Below are positions 55,436-64,000 of a stretch of 64,000 nucleotides of DNA, one piece after another. Position 1 is the stretch's first letter. Each line of letters opens with the position of its first letter. The notes under the pieces are model-generated. The model saw nothing but the letters and a program-made list of their open reading frames with translations, searched no databases and was not told where the DNA came from. Source of the stretch: Candidatus Eiseniibacteriota bacterium (GTDB taxonomy: Bacteria > Eisenbacteria > RBG-16-71-46); NCBI GenBank assembly GCA_963744995.1, contig CAVUWA010000002.1, forward strand, positions 640,001 through 704,000, given 5' to 3'. The position numbers and the translations under genes were made by a program.

Positions 55436-58255
55436 ATGTCGCACCCCCGCGCGCTCGCCCGCGCGCTTCCGATCCTGCTGGCCACGGCCATCGCCGTGCC
55501 CGCCGCCGCGGCCGCCACACTTCCGCCCGGCATCGAGCAGCTCGACTCGCGCGGCGGCATCACCGAATACCGGCTGCGCTCGAACGACATGCACATCCTG
55601 CTCTCGCCCGATCACGCGGCGCCGGTGATCACCTTCGAGGTCGTCTACCACGTCGGCTCCCGCAACGAGGCGCCGGGCAACACGGGTTCGGCGCACCTGC
55701 TCGAGCACCTGCTCTTCAACAAGAGCACGAAGAACTTCGGCAAGGCCAACGGCAAGCCGACGTTCCAGGAGGTGCTCGCCGCAGCGGGCGCCGACTTCAC
55801 CTCGACCAACATGACGACCTGGCTCGATCGCATGACGGGCTACTCGACCCTGCCGAGCAACAGGCTGGATCTGGCCATGAAGATCGAGGCCGACCGCCTC
55901 GGCCGCGCGCTGCTGCTCGACTCCGAGCGCCAGCCGGAGATGAGCGTCGTGCGCAACGAGTACGAGATCGGCGAGAACAACCCGGAGCGGGCGCTCGACA
56001 AGGCAGTCATCGCCGCGGCGATCGCCGCCCATCCCTACCACTGGTCCACGATCGGCTATCGCTCCGACATCGAGGGCGTTTCCACCGCGACGCTGCGCGA
56101 GCACTACGAAGCCTTCTTCCATCCCGACAACGCGACGGCGATCCTGGTCGGCGACTTCGACACGCCGAAGGCGCTCGCCATGTTCGCGAGCGAGTTCGGC
56201 GCATTTTCCCACTCGAAGAAGCCGATCCCGAAGGTCATCACCGTCGAGCCGCCGCAGGAAGGCGAACGCCGGGTCACGGTCAGGCGGCAGGGGCAGGTGG
56301 GACTGGTGGAGCTCGCCTACATGCGGCCCGGCTCCAAGGACCCCGACTTCATCCCGATCGATGTGCTGCAGGCAGTCCTCGGTTTCGGCGTCAACTCGCG
56401 GCTCCATCAGGCGCTGGTCGAACAGCGGCTCGCGACCGACGTCACGGCGTCCAACTACACCCTGATGGATCCGTATCCGCTCGTCGTCCGTGCGACGGTC
56501 GCGCCGGGCGTGGAGCACCGGAAGGTCGAGGACGCGATCAAGGACGTGCTTTACGGCGTTGCGAAGAACGGCGTCACGGCGGACGAGGTGGCGCGCGCGA
56601 AGAGCCAAATCGAGGTGTCGGTGATCCGCTCGCGTGACGGCACCTACCACTACTGCTCGAGCCTGGGCGAAGCGGTGGCGTCCGCCGACTGGAAGTGGTT
56701 CGTGGACTACCTCGATCGGCTGCACCGGGTGACGCCGGAGGACGTGCAGCGGGTGGCCGCGAAGTACCTGGTGCCCGACCACGCCACGGTGGGCTGGTTC
56801 GTGCCCGAGAAGGGCGCCAGTGCGGCGGCCGCCTCCGCGGCGGCGCAGCGCGGTGGCGCGGACGCGGACCAGGCGTCTTCCGGGGCCGCACGCCATGAAA
56901 GCGCGGAACAGTCGCCTTCCAGCGTCGCCCGAAGCGCGACGCCCGTGGCCGCGAAAGCCGCTCCGGCCGCACCCGACGCCCGCACCTTCGTCGAGCGCAC
57001 CGTGCGCCGCGAGCTGCCGAACGGCATCGTGCTCGACGTGATCGCGAATCACGCGGTGCCGACGGTGGCGATCGAGGGGATCGTGCTCGCCGGGCAGATG
57101 CAGGCGCCGTCCGGCAAGCCGGCCGTACCCGGGCTCACGGCGATGATGCTCAATCGCGGCACGCAGTCGGCGAGCAAGGAGGCGATCGCGGCGAAGCTCG
57201 ACGGCGTGGGCGCGCAGCTCGACATCGAGAGCGGGCCGTACCACGCCACCGTCACCGGCGCCGGACTCTCACGTGACCTGCCGCTGCTGCTCGAAACGCT
57301 CGCGGACGAGCTCCAGCATCCGGCGTTCGCCGGGGGCGAGCTCGAAAAGGCCAGGCTCGAGATGAAGGCGAACGTCCTGCGCGCCGCCGACGACACGCGC
57401 CAGCGCGCGATGGATCTCGCTACGCAGCGGGTGTTCCCGGAGGGCCATCCGTACCGTGCGCCGGGGAAGGACGCGATGCTCTCGAGCATCGACGCGACGA
57501 CGCTCGACGATCTGCGTGCGTTCCACGCGAGCCGCTACGTCGGCGACGGCACGTGCGTCGCGATCGTCGGCGACGTGGACCCGGAGCGCGTGGTGGCGCT
57601 GTTCGAGAAGCAGTTCGGCGGCCTGCGGAAGGGGGCGAAGCCGGTCTACGGCGCCCCGCCGGTCGAGCTGGGCGAGGCGACCCGCGAAGTGATCACGATG
57701 CCCGGCAAGGCCAACCTCGACCTGATTTACGCCCACGCCAGCGGCCTCAAGCGCAGCGATTCGGATTACGACGCGGCGCTGATCGCCAATGCGGTGCTCG
57801 GCCAGAGCTCCCTCACCGCGCGGCTCGGCAAACGCATCCGTGACGCCGAAGGCCTGTCCTACACGCTGTGGTCGCGCTTCCTGATGAGCGACATGCTCGA
57901 CGGCCTCTGGCTCACCGACATCCGCATTGCACCGCAGAATCTGGGGAAGGCGATGCATTCGGCCGACGAGGTGATGGCGACCTACGCCAGGGAAGGGCCG
58001 ACCGACGCCGAAATCGAAGCACAGAAGAGCTTCTTCGCCGGCAACTACCAGGTGCATCTCGCCGACAATGCGGGCGTGGCGAATGCGCTGGTCGACGCCG
58101 AGAAGTTCGGCCTCGGGCCGGGCTACCTCGACGAATATCCGGCGCGCGTTCGTGCCGTCACGAAGGCGGAGGTCGTCGCGGCGATGCGCAAGCACATGCA
58201 TCCGGAGGCCGCGCACGTGATCGCCTCGGGTGACGTGCAGGCGCTGCCGCAGTAG
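55436..58255 (+). CDS. M16 (pitrilysin/insulinase) family zinc peptidase, secreted, two fused halves
   Basis: Signal peptide; HLLEH (HxxEH); second half lacks the motif; Ala-rich linker. Confidence 0.93.
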   Translation: MSHPRALARALPILLATAIAVPAAAAATLPPGIEQLDSRGGITEYRLRSNDMHILLSPDHAAPVITFEVVYHVGSRNEAPGNTGSAHLLEHLLFNKSTKNFGKANGKPTFQEVLAAAGADFTSTNMTTWLDRMTGYSTLPSNRLDLAMKIEADRLGRALLLDSERQPEMSVVRNEYEIGENNPERALDKAVIAAAIAAHPYHWSTIGYRSDIEGVSTATLREHYEAFFHPDNATAILVGDFDTPKALAMFASEFGAFSHSKKPIPKVITVEPPQEGERRVTVRRQGQVGLVELAYMRPGSKDPDFIPIDVLQAVLGFGVNSRLHQALVEQRLATDVTASNYTLMDPYPLVVRATVAPGVEHRKVEDAIKDVLYGVAKNGVTADEVARAKSQIEVSVIRSRDGTYHYCSSLGEAVASADWKWFVDYLDRLHRVTPEDVQRVAAKYLVPDHATVGWFVPEKGASAAAASAAAQRGGADADQASSGAARHESAEQSPSSVARSATPVAAKAAPAAPDARTFVERTVRRELPNGIVLDVIANHAVPTVAIEGIVLAGQMQAPSGKPAVPGLTAMMLNRGTQSASKEAIAAKLDGVGAQLDIESGPYHATVTGAGLSRDLPLLLETLADELQHPAFAGGELEKARLEMKANVLRAADDTRQRAMDLATQRVFPEGHPYRAPGKDAMLSSIDATTLDDLRAFHASRYVGDGTCVAIVGDVDPERVVALFEKQFGGLRKGAKPVYGAPPVELGEATREVITMPGKANLDLIYAHASGLKRSDSDYDAALIANAVLGQSSLTARLGKRIRDAEGLSYTLWSRFLMSDMLDGLWLTDIRIAPQNLGKAMHSADEVMATYAREGPTDAEIEAQKSFFAGNYQVHLADNAGVANALVDAEKFGLGPGYLDEYPARVRAVTKAEVVAAMRKHMHPEAAHVIASGDVQALPQ

Positions 58256-58358
58256 GAATCGCGCGGGCGGCGCGGCCGGCGCGGCGACCGGCGCCGCGGG
58301 TGCGGCGGCCGGCGCCCGGGCGGGGGGCGTCGCCCCCGCCGGCGCGCCGGACTCCCCG

Positions 58359-58982
58359 CTACCGCCGATACCTCGACTTGACCTCACCCCACGTGGTGGA
58401 GCGGGCGTCGGTGGTCGTATCAGTGGCAGACGCCGAGGTCGTGTACACCCAGTCGCCGCTCGAACCACTGCCGTTGCCCGCGACGCCCGCCGCATAGAAG
58501 GCGACCGGGATGTTTCCCGATGCAGGCGGCGTCCAGTCGAACGCCCACTCGACCGGCGAGGACTGGGTCTGCTTGTTGTCGGTCTGGCGCACATAGCTGC
58601 GCGAGGCGAGCGTATTGCTGCCGGTCCCGATCGAGGTGCCTTCACCGGCCACGTTGGCAAACGTCCCGGCTCCGGTTCCGTCGCTCGAATTGATCGCCGT
58701 GACCTCGAAGCCCCATCTGCGGTTGCTGCTGCCCGACGTGTTGGAGGTCGAGATCCGCGCCCGGATCCGGTAGGTGTTCCCGACGCGATAGTACGCGGGG
58801 ACGTCGAGCAGCTGAATGCTGCCGCTCTGATTGAGCGAGTACGAACCGTGGCAATCGTGACAGGTGCCTTCGCTCGGGGCGCCGGTCCTCGACACGGGGG
58901 GGTTGCTGTTGTAGGCGACCGCAGCGGCGGCACAGAAAGCGAGACTCGCGACGACGACGAACGGGATCGAAGCCCTGCGCAT
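58359..58982 (-). CDS. Secreted Reeler-like (choice-of-anchor V-like) protein with CxxCH and C-terminal TWGxxK motif
   Basis: GGAGG RBS; signal peptide; 'TGAPSEGTCHDCH', 'W.FDWT.P', 'FY.AG.AGNG.G...GD.VY'; ends STTWGEVKSRYRR. Confidence 0.82.
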   Translation of the reverse strand: MRRASIPFVVVASLAFCAAAAVAYNSNPPVSRTGAPSEGTCHDCHGSYSLNQSGSIQLLDVPAYYRVGNTYRIRARISTSNTSGSSNRRWGFEVTAINSSDGTGAGTFANVAGEGTSIGTGSNTLASRSYVRQTDNKQTQSSPVEWAFDWTPPASGNIPVAFYAAGVAGNGSGSSGDWVYTTSASATDTTTDARSTTWGEVKSRYRR

Positions 58983-59027
58983 GAATTCCTCCGGGAGACC
59001 GGAGCAGCCTGGGGGTGTCAGGGCTCC

Positions 59028-59043
59028 TGCATGTAACGAGCCA
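59028..59043 (-). promoter_or_regulatory. Putative sigma54 promoter
   Basis: TGGCTCGTTACATGCA vs consensus TGGCACG-N4-TTGCW, about 45 nt upstream of the Reeler-like gene. Confidence 0.55.
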
Positions 59044-59227
59044 GTCGAAGCCGCCGCGAACCGATACCGTATCGTTCAATGAGGCTTGGAGTTGCGGGGC
59101 CGCGCGGGTCCGGGACCGGGCACCGGCGCCTCGTTCCCGGATGCCAGTCCGGCAGGCGCCAGGACCGGATGTCAGACAGGGCGGCGCCGGGCGTCCGGTC
59201 CCGTCCGGCACTCCCGCGGGCGCGTCC

Positions 59228-60412
59228 TCACGCCACCCAGCGCAGCAGCACCGCGCACAGCAGCCCGGCGTAGAGACCGAGGATGTTGCCGAGCACGCCG
59301 AGCAGCAGGCCGACCGGCGCGAGTGACGGCTGGTACACGGAAGCCACGATCGGCGCCGATACGACCCCGCCGACGTTGGCCTGGGAGGCGGTCGCGATCA
59401 GGAACATCGGCGCCTTGAGCAGTCTTCCGCCCATGAACAGGATCGCGGCGTGGAACAGGATCCACACCATCCCGACCAGGAAGAAGATCGGCGCGTCGAG
59501 GACCGCACGCAGGTCGGCCTGCGCGCCGAGCGTGGTGAGAAGCACGTAAAGGAACAGGTTGCCGACATGCGAAGCGCCGGCGCCTTCGAGGCGCGCGGCG
59601 GGAGTGAACGAGAGTGCGATACCCACGGTGGCGCCGAGAATCACCGTCCAGCCGAACGCCGAGATGATCCCGCCGAGCGGCGGCAGCCAGGCGCCGAGCG
59701 CCGTACAGGCCCAGCCGACGCCCATGCCGATCGCGACGATCACGGCGAGGTCCACGAACTCGGTCGGCCGCCGCTGCGACGCCTGAAAGTCGGCGATCCG
59801 CCGGTTCAGGTCGTCCACGATGGAACGGTCCACGCCGAAGTGGCGGTCCACGCGGTCCTGAAACGCGGACAGCGCCATGACCACGCCCATCCAGCCGTAG
59901 CCGATCAGCACGTCCACCACGATCATCACACCGAAGATGCCCTCCGGCGTGCCGAGCGATTCCTTGATCGCAACCATGTTGGACGAGCCGCCGATCCACG
60001 AGCCGGACAGCGCGCCCATGCCCATCCACGTGTCGGCGGGGAGCCACGCCTTGAACAGCAGCAGCGCGAGCGGTGCGCCGAGCACGATCCCGGCGGTGCC
60101 GAACAACATCGTACCGACGGCTTTGGGGCCGAGCCTGGCGAGCGACTTCGCGTCGGAGGAGAGCAGCAGCAGCACGAGACCGGGCGGCAGCAGCAGCCGG
60201 ATCACCTCTCCGTAGAGCGGCGATGACTTCGGGAACAGGCCCGCCGAGGTGCCGAGCATCGGGATGAAGTAGACCCAGAGGATGGGCGGGAAGATGCTGA
60301 AGAAGCCGCGCAGCGCCGGCCGCGCGCGCAGCCAGTAGATGGCGCCGACGATCACCACAAACGCGGCAAGCAGGGAGGGCCCATCGGTGATCAGGGCGGC
60401 CGTGCGGTCCAT
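59228..60412 (-). CDS. DUF819 family membrane transporter-like protein
   Basis: 'GSWIGGS.N', 'ASQANVGG..SAP..A'; 10 or more TM helices. Confidence 0.88.
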   Translation of the reverse strand: MDRTAALITDGPSLLAAFVVIVGAIYWLRARPALRGFFSIFPPILWVYFIPMLGTSAGLFPKSSPLYGEVIRLLLPPGLVLLLLSSDAKSLARLGPKAVGTMLFGTAGIVLGAPLALLLFKAWLPADTWMGMGALSGSWIGGSSNMVAIKESLGTPEGIFGVMIVVDVLIGYGWMGVVMALSAFQDRVDRHFGVDRSIVDDLNRRIADFQASQRRPTEFVDLAVIVAIGMGVGWACTALGAWLPPLGGIISAFGWTVILGATVGIALSFTPAARLEGAGASHVGNLFLYVLLTTLGAQADLRAVLDAPIFFLVGMVWILFHAAILFMGGRLLKAPMFLIATASQANVGGVVSAPIVASVYQPSLAPVGLLLGVLGNILGLYAGLLCAVLLRWVA

Positions 60413-60512
60413 GGCGCGGCACTATGGACGCCCGCGCGGTGGATGCCAACCGGAATCGGACGCCGACCGCGGTGCGGCGCAGATGCGCCCGGCGCCGGCG
60501 CGCGCTCCGCCG

Positions 60513-62330
60513 TCAGGCGGCCTGACGCGCCCGCGGTTCGATCGGCAGCCGGATCGTAAAGGAGGCGCCGCCTTCAGGGCGGTTGCCCGCCTCGATCGTG
60601 CCGCCGTGCGCCTCGACGATCCCGCGCGTGATGCCGAGACCCAGGCCGAGGCCGGATGCCCTGGTGCTCTCCGCCTCGCCGGAGGAGTGGTGCAACGTGC
60701 TGCCCGCCGAATAGCCGTGATCGAAGACGCTGGCGAGGCGCTTCTCGGGGATGCCACTACCCGTGTCGCTGATCTCGATCTCCGCGACCCCCGGGCCGCG
60801 CCGGAGGGTGATGTCCACGCGGCCGCCGTCGGGGGTGAAGTGGATTGCGTTCGAGATCAGGTGGGTGAGGGCCTGCTCGATGAGCTGTGGATCGAGATCG
60901 AGCGCGCCGATCGAGGGATCGAGATGCTTGTCGATCACCACCCGACGCTCGGCGGCGCCGGCGAGGGCCGCGCCGATCGCCCGGCTGATGAGCGGCTCCA
61001 GCGGCTGCGGGCTGAAGTTCGGCGTCAGCCGTTCGTTGCGAATGTCCGCCATCGAAGTGGCCTGATCGGCGACCTGCTTCAGCTTGCCCAGGGCGCTGGC
61101 GATGGCCTGCAGCGCCTGACGCTGCCGCGGATCCAGCGGCCCCAGCTCCTCGTTCGAGAGCAGGGCGCGATAGCCGTCGATGACGCTGATCGGCGTGCGC
61201 AGCTCGTGCGAGGCGATGTTGATGAAGTCGGTCTTGATCCGCATCGTTTCTTCCAGGCTGCCGACGTACAACTCTTCGCGATGGCGCATCTCGTCGAAAC
61301 GCCTGGCGAGGAAGCCGATCTCGTCCCGGCTGCCAACCTTCAGCGGATGAGCGTAGTTGCCCTTCTGGATCTCCTGCGCGGCACGCACCAGCTGCTGAAT
61401 CGGCCGCCGGATCTGTCCCGACAGGAACAGTCCGGTGCCGAGCGCCGCGAGCAGGGCGAGCACCGCCAGCAGCGCAAGATCCTGCTGCGTCTTCTTGAGG
61501 AAGACCAGCTCCGGATCGAATGCCCGCTGCATGGCGAAGTACTGTCCCTTCGTCGAATCGGAGCCGGGGATCCGCCGCACGACCGTGATGTAGGTCAGCT
61601 CCTGACCTTTGACCTTGAAGATCCCGCGCGTCTCGATGTCGCCCGCCGCTTCGGTCTCCCGCACGGCTTCCATCAGGCTCGTCCGGTCCCGGTTCCTCGG
61701 CAGTGTGCTGGCCGTGATCGCACCGTTGGCGATGAACGTCACCTCGCTGCGCATCTGTCCGCGCAGTTCGCGGGCAACCGATGGGCCGATCTCGGAGCCC
61801 ATCAGCAGCACGCCGACGACGCGGCCGTCGGCGCGAATCGGCGTCGACACGAGCTGGTACTGACTGCCGTCGATCAGGGTGACGGCGTTTGCGCCCTCGC
61901 CGGCGCGCGCCCGCTGGATGAGGTCGTCGACGATCCCGGAGCGGGGCGTGATCGAGCCGGCCGACGCGAGCCTCCGGCCCCGGCGATCGAACACCTCGAA
62001 GACGTCGGTCTCCGTGATCCGGTTGAAGTCGGCGGCCATGCTGCGGACGGTCGCGTCGAAGCTGCGATCGCGCTGGTATTCGCCGAGCGTGACCAGCGAG
62101 AAGAAACGCGGATCGCGGGCGATGACCTCGGCGCCGCCGGTGAGCGCGTGGGAACGTCCGGCCAGCATGTACTCGAGCACCCGCACGGAGTGATCGAGAC
62201 TTTCGTGAATGCTCGAGCCGTCCACGTGCTCGTGCACGCTGCGTCGAACCGTCACCATCGTCGCGATGCCGAGAATCAGCGGCGTTACCGCCGTGATGAA
62301 GATGATCTTGCCGCGCAGGCCGATACGCAT
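60513..62330 (-). CDS. Sensor histidine kinase (periplasmic Cache-like, HAMP, HisKA, HATPase)
   Basis: Two TM helices; HAMP 'DEIG.LA..F..M'; H-box SHELRTP; N, G1 (DTGSG) and G2 (GLGLG) boxes. Confidence 0.93.
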   Translation of the reverse strand: MRIGLRGKIIFITAVTPLILGIATMVTVRRSVHEHVDGSSIHESLDHSVRVLEYMLAGRSHALTGGAEVIARDPRFFSLVTLGEYQRDRSFDATVRSMAADFNRITETDVFEVFDRRGRRLASAGSITPRSGIVDDLIQRARAGEGANAVTLIDGSQYQLVSTPIRADGRVVGVLLMGSEIGPSVARELRGQMRSEVTFIANGAITASTLPRNRDRTSLMEAVRETEAAGDIETRGIFKVKGQELTYITVVRRIPGSDSTKGQYFAMQRAFDPELVFLKKTQQDLALLAVLALLAALGTGLFLSGQIRRPIQQLVRAAQEIQKGNYAHPLKVGSRDEIGFLARRFDEMRHREELYVGSLEETMRIKTDFINIASHELRTPISVIDGYRALLSNEELGPLDPRQRQALQAIASALGKLKQVADQATSMADIRNERLTPNFSPQPLEPLISRAIGAALAGAAERRVVIDKHLDPSIGALDLDPQLIEQALTHLISNAIHFTPDGGRVDITLRRGPGVAEIEISDTGSGIPEKRLASVFDHGYSAGSTLHHSSGEAESTRASGLGLGLGITRGIVEAHGGTIEAGNRPEGGASFTIRLPIEPRARQAA

Positions 62331-62331
62331 G

Positions 62332-63057
62332 TCAGAACGACAGCGCGAGCGTCATGTCACCGTGTTTCGGCAGCACGACGCCGATCACGTGATCGCCATG
62401 ATGGGGATGCCAGTAATGCAGGTGGTAGGAACCCTCGGGCAGATTCGGCAGCGTGAACCGTCCCAGCGAATCCGGTGCGGCGTAGGCATGATTGGGCGTC
62501 ACCACGACGAACCCGATCTCGTCGGGATGGATGTCGCAGTGCAGGTTCACGATCCCCGGATGGTCGAAGGCGATCGTATCGGTGATTCCCGGCGCATAGC
62601 GGCCCAGGTCGAAGCGCTTCGCCGCGCTGACGCTGAAGGTGTTGTGGTAGACGCGATCGAGGTTCATCAGTTCGATGGACTCGCCGGCGGTCGTGACGAA
62701 TACACGGGGCACGAATCCCTGCTGTGACTGCACCAGCCGCTTCAGGCGCGGCGTCGGTTCGTGCACCCAGGGCAGCCATGAGAACCAGCGCGAGCGCGTC
62801 TTCGCGCGGGCGAGCCGTTGCTCGGTCTTCGGATCGATGCGCTTCACGTAGAGCACCGCATCGCTGATGCCGCGTTGCGCGTCGAGCAGACGGCGGACGT
62901 CCGGGCCGGGCCGCGCCCCGGGATCCAGCGCGGCGGCCACCAGCGCCGGGCTCCTTTCGCTGGAGCGTTCGAGCCACAGTTGTCCGTGGATCACGCCCGC
63001 CCGGGCCGGCAGGACGAGCATCAGCGTGGCGGCGGCGGCCACGACGATCACACGCAT
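62332..63057 (-). CDS. Secreted cupredoxin-like / carboxypeptidase-regulatory-like protein
   Basis: Signal peptide; 'F.P.V', 'N.D..YHN.FS.S', 'FDLG.Y', 'CDIHP', 'G.F.L..LP.G.Y.L..WH'. Confidence 0.78.
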   Translation of the reverse strand: MRVIVVAAAATLMLVLPARAGVIHGQLWLERSSERSPALVAAALDPGARPGPDVRRLLDAQRGISDAVLYVKRIDPKTEQRLARAKTRSRWFSWLPWVHEPTPRLKRLVQSQQGFVPRVFVTTAGESIELMNLDRVYHNTFSVSAAKRFDLGRYAPGITDTIAFDHPGIVNLHCDIHPDEIGFVVVTPNHAYAAPDSLGRFTLPNLPEGSYHLHYWHPHHGDHVIGVVLPKHGDMTLALSF

Positions 63058-63344
63058 GAAGGGACTCCTTCCCTGGAGGGGTCCGGTACGCCGGACTCCG
63101 AGTGATCTTCACGGAGGTATCGGCCCCCGGAAGCCGCGTCCTCACCGTTTTCGCGGGGGCCGGCCCGGGGCCTCCCGCGGGCGCTGCTGCGGGGGCCCGG
63201 GGCGGCGGGGCCGCAGGCGTGCCTCCGATTTGCGGGGAGACTTGAGGATCGCGCGTGATCCCTTACGATGGGACGAGATCGCCGTTCGCGCGGAACGCCC
63301 GCCGCGATCACGATGTGCTGCCCCCTGACCCCCGCGAGTCCGCC

Positions 63345-64000
63345 ATGTCATTCGCCAGCATCGATCCCGCCACCGGTCGCACGCTCCGTGAGTACGACCT
63401 GATGGACGACGTCGCGGTGCGGGCCGCCATCGCCACCGCCCGTGATGGTTTCGTCACCTGGCGCGAGCGCGGTGTCCGGCGGCGCACCGGCGTACTCACC
63501 AGGGCGGCAGCGGTGCTGCGCTCGCGCGCCGGAGATTTTGCCGAGTTGATGGCGGAAGAGATGGGCAAGCCGCTCGCGCAGGGACGTGGCGAGATCGAGA
63601 AGTGCGCGTGGGTGTGCGAATGGTACGCCGAACACGCCGCCGCGTTCCTCGAGCCGGAGACGGTGGCGACCGACGCCGCGCGCAGCTTCGTCGCGTGGGA
63701 GCCGATCGGGCCGATCTTCGCGATCATGCCGTGGAACTTCCCGTTCTGGCAGGTGTTCCGCTTCGCCGCCCCGAATCTGGCCGCCGGCAACGTCGCTCTG
63801 CTCAAACACGCGGAACGGGTACCGGCGTGCGCACTCGCGATCGAGACGGTGTTCGGCGAGGCCGGTCTGCCGCGTGGCGGGTTCACCAATCTGTTCATCA
63901 CCCATGCCCAGGCCGAGGCGGTGATCGCCGATCCGGCGATCCGCGGCGTCACGCTCACCGGCAGCCCGCGCGCCGGGCGCGCGGTGGCGGGGCTCGCCGG
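63345..64000 (+). CDS. NAD(P)-dependent succinate-semialdehyde dehydrogenase-like aldehyde dehydrogenase (3'-truncated by window edge)
   Basis: Not in the ORF track; reads MSFASIDPATG..EMGKP..EIEKC..IMPWNFPFWQVFRFAAP..GN..LLKHA..TLTGS. Confidence 0.92.
   Translation, partial: MSFASIDPATGRTLREYDLMDDVAVRAAIATARDGFVTWRERGVRRRTGVLTRAAAVLRSRAGDFAELMAEEMGKPLAQGRGEIEKCAWVCEWYAEHAAAFLEPETVATDAARSFVAWEPIGPIFAIMPWNFPFWQVFRFAAPNLAAGNVALLKHAERVPACALAIETVFGEAGLPRGGFTNLFITHAQAEAVIADPAIRGVTLTGSPRAGRAVAGLA

Noticed and set aside
58256..58358. GC-rich intergenic repeats as REP/MITE or CRISPR
   Set aside because: Low-complexity GC hairpins between convergent genes; no second copy noticed and no repeat-spacer periodicity
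63308..63958. Minus-strand ORFs at the window end
   Set aside because: Antisense to the plus-strand aldehyde dehydrogenase starting at 63345

Overview
Very GC-rich bacterial chromosomal window with about 47 protein-coding genes. I found no rRNA, tRNA, CRISPR array or intact mobile element. The C-terminal 'STTWGEVKSRYRR' motif and the large 'DDTRL..WPTAAELDTFL' lipoprotein suggest a Candidatus Eisenbacteria/Krumholzibacteria-like (FCB-related) organism; this is inference from recalled similarity. Housekeeping and metabolic genes: ettA, acnA, pgi, a family-B DNA polymerase, SulP, two ABC systems (one GldAFG-like), an MFS transporter, TMEM175, cytochrome c peroxidase, M16/M48/HtrA peptidases and a partial aldehyde dehydrogenase. 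Most notable: (i) an ECF sigma factor fused to its own zinc-finger anti-sigma domain, divergent from an MFP-RND-PII-like-DUF2892 operon; (ii) a soluble Ser/Thr kinase-BRCT fusion; (iii) a small Tat-signal protein paired with a signal-less amidase; (iv) a LeuD-LeuC domain-swapped aconitase-family fusion; (v) a cupredoxin-like protein plus orphan histidine kinase; (vi) a YIP1-like plus Xis/BldC-type HTH operon with phased 10-bp repeats at its promoter; (vii) a multibranch structured leader before polB. Two genes are split by apparent single-base insertions and there is one HNH-family remnant. Most long ORFs in the supplied track are GC-driven antisense or off-frame shadows. Family assignments come from motif recognition only; no database search was run.
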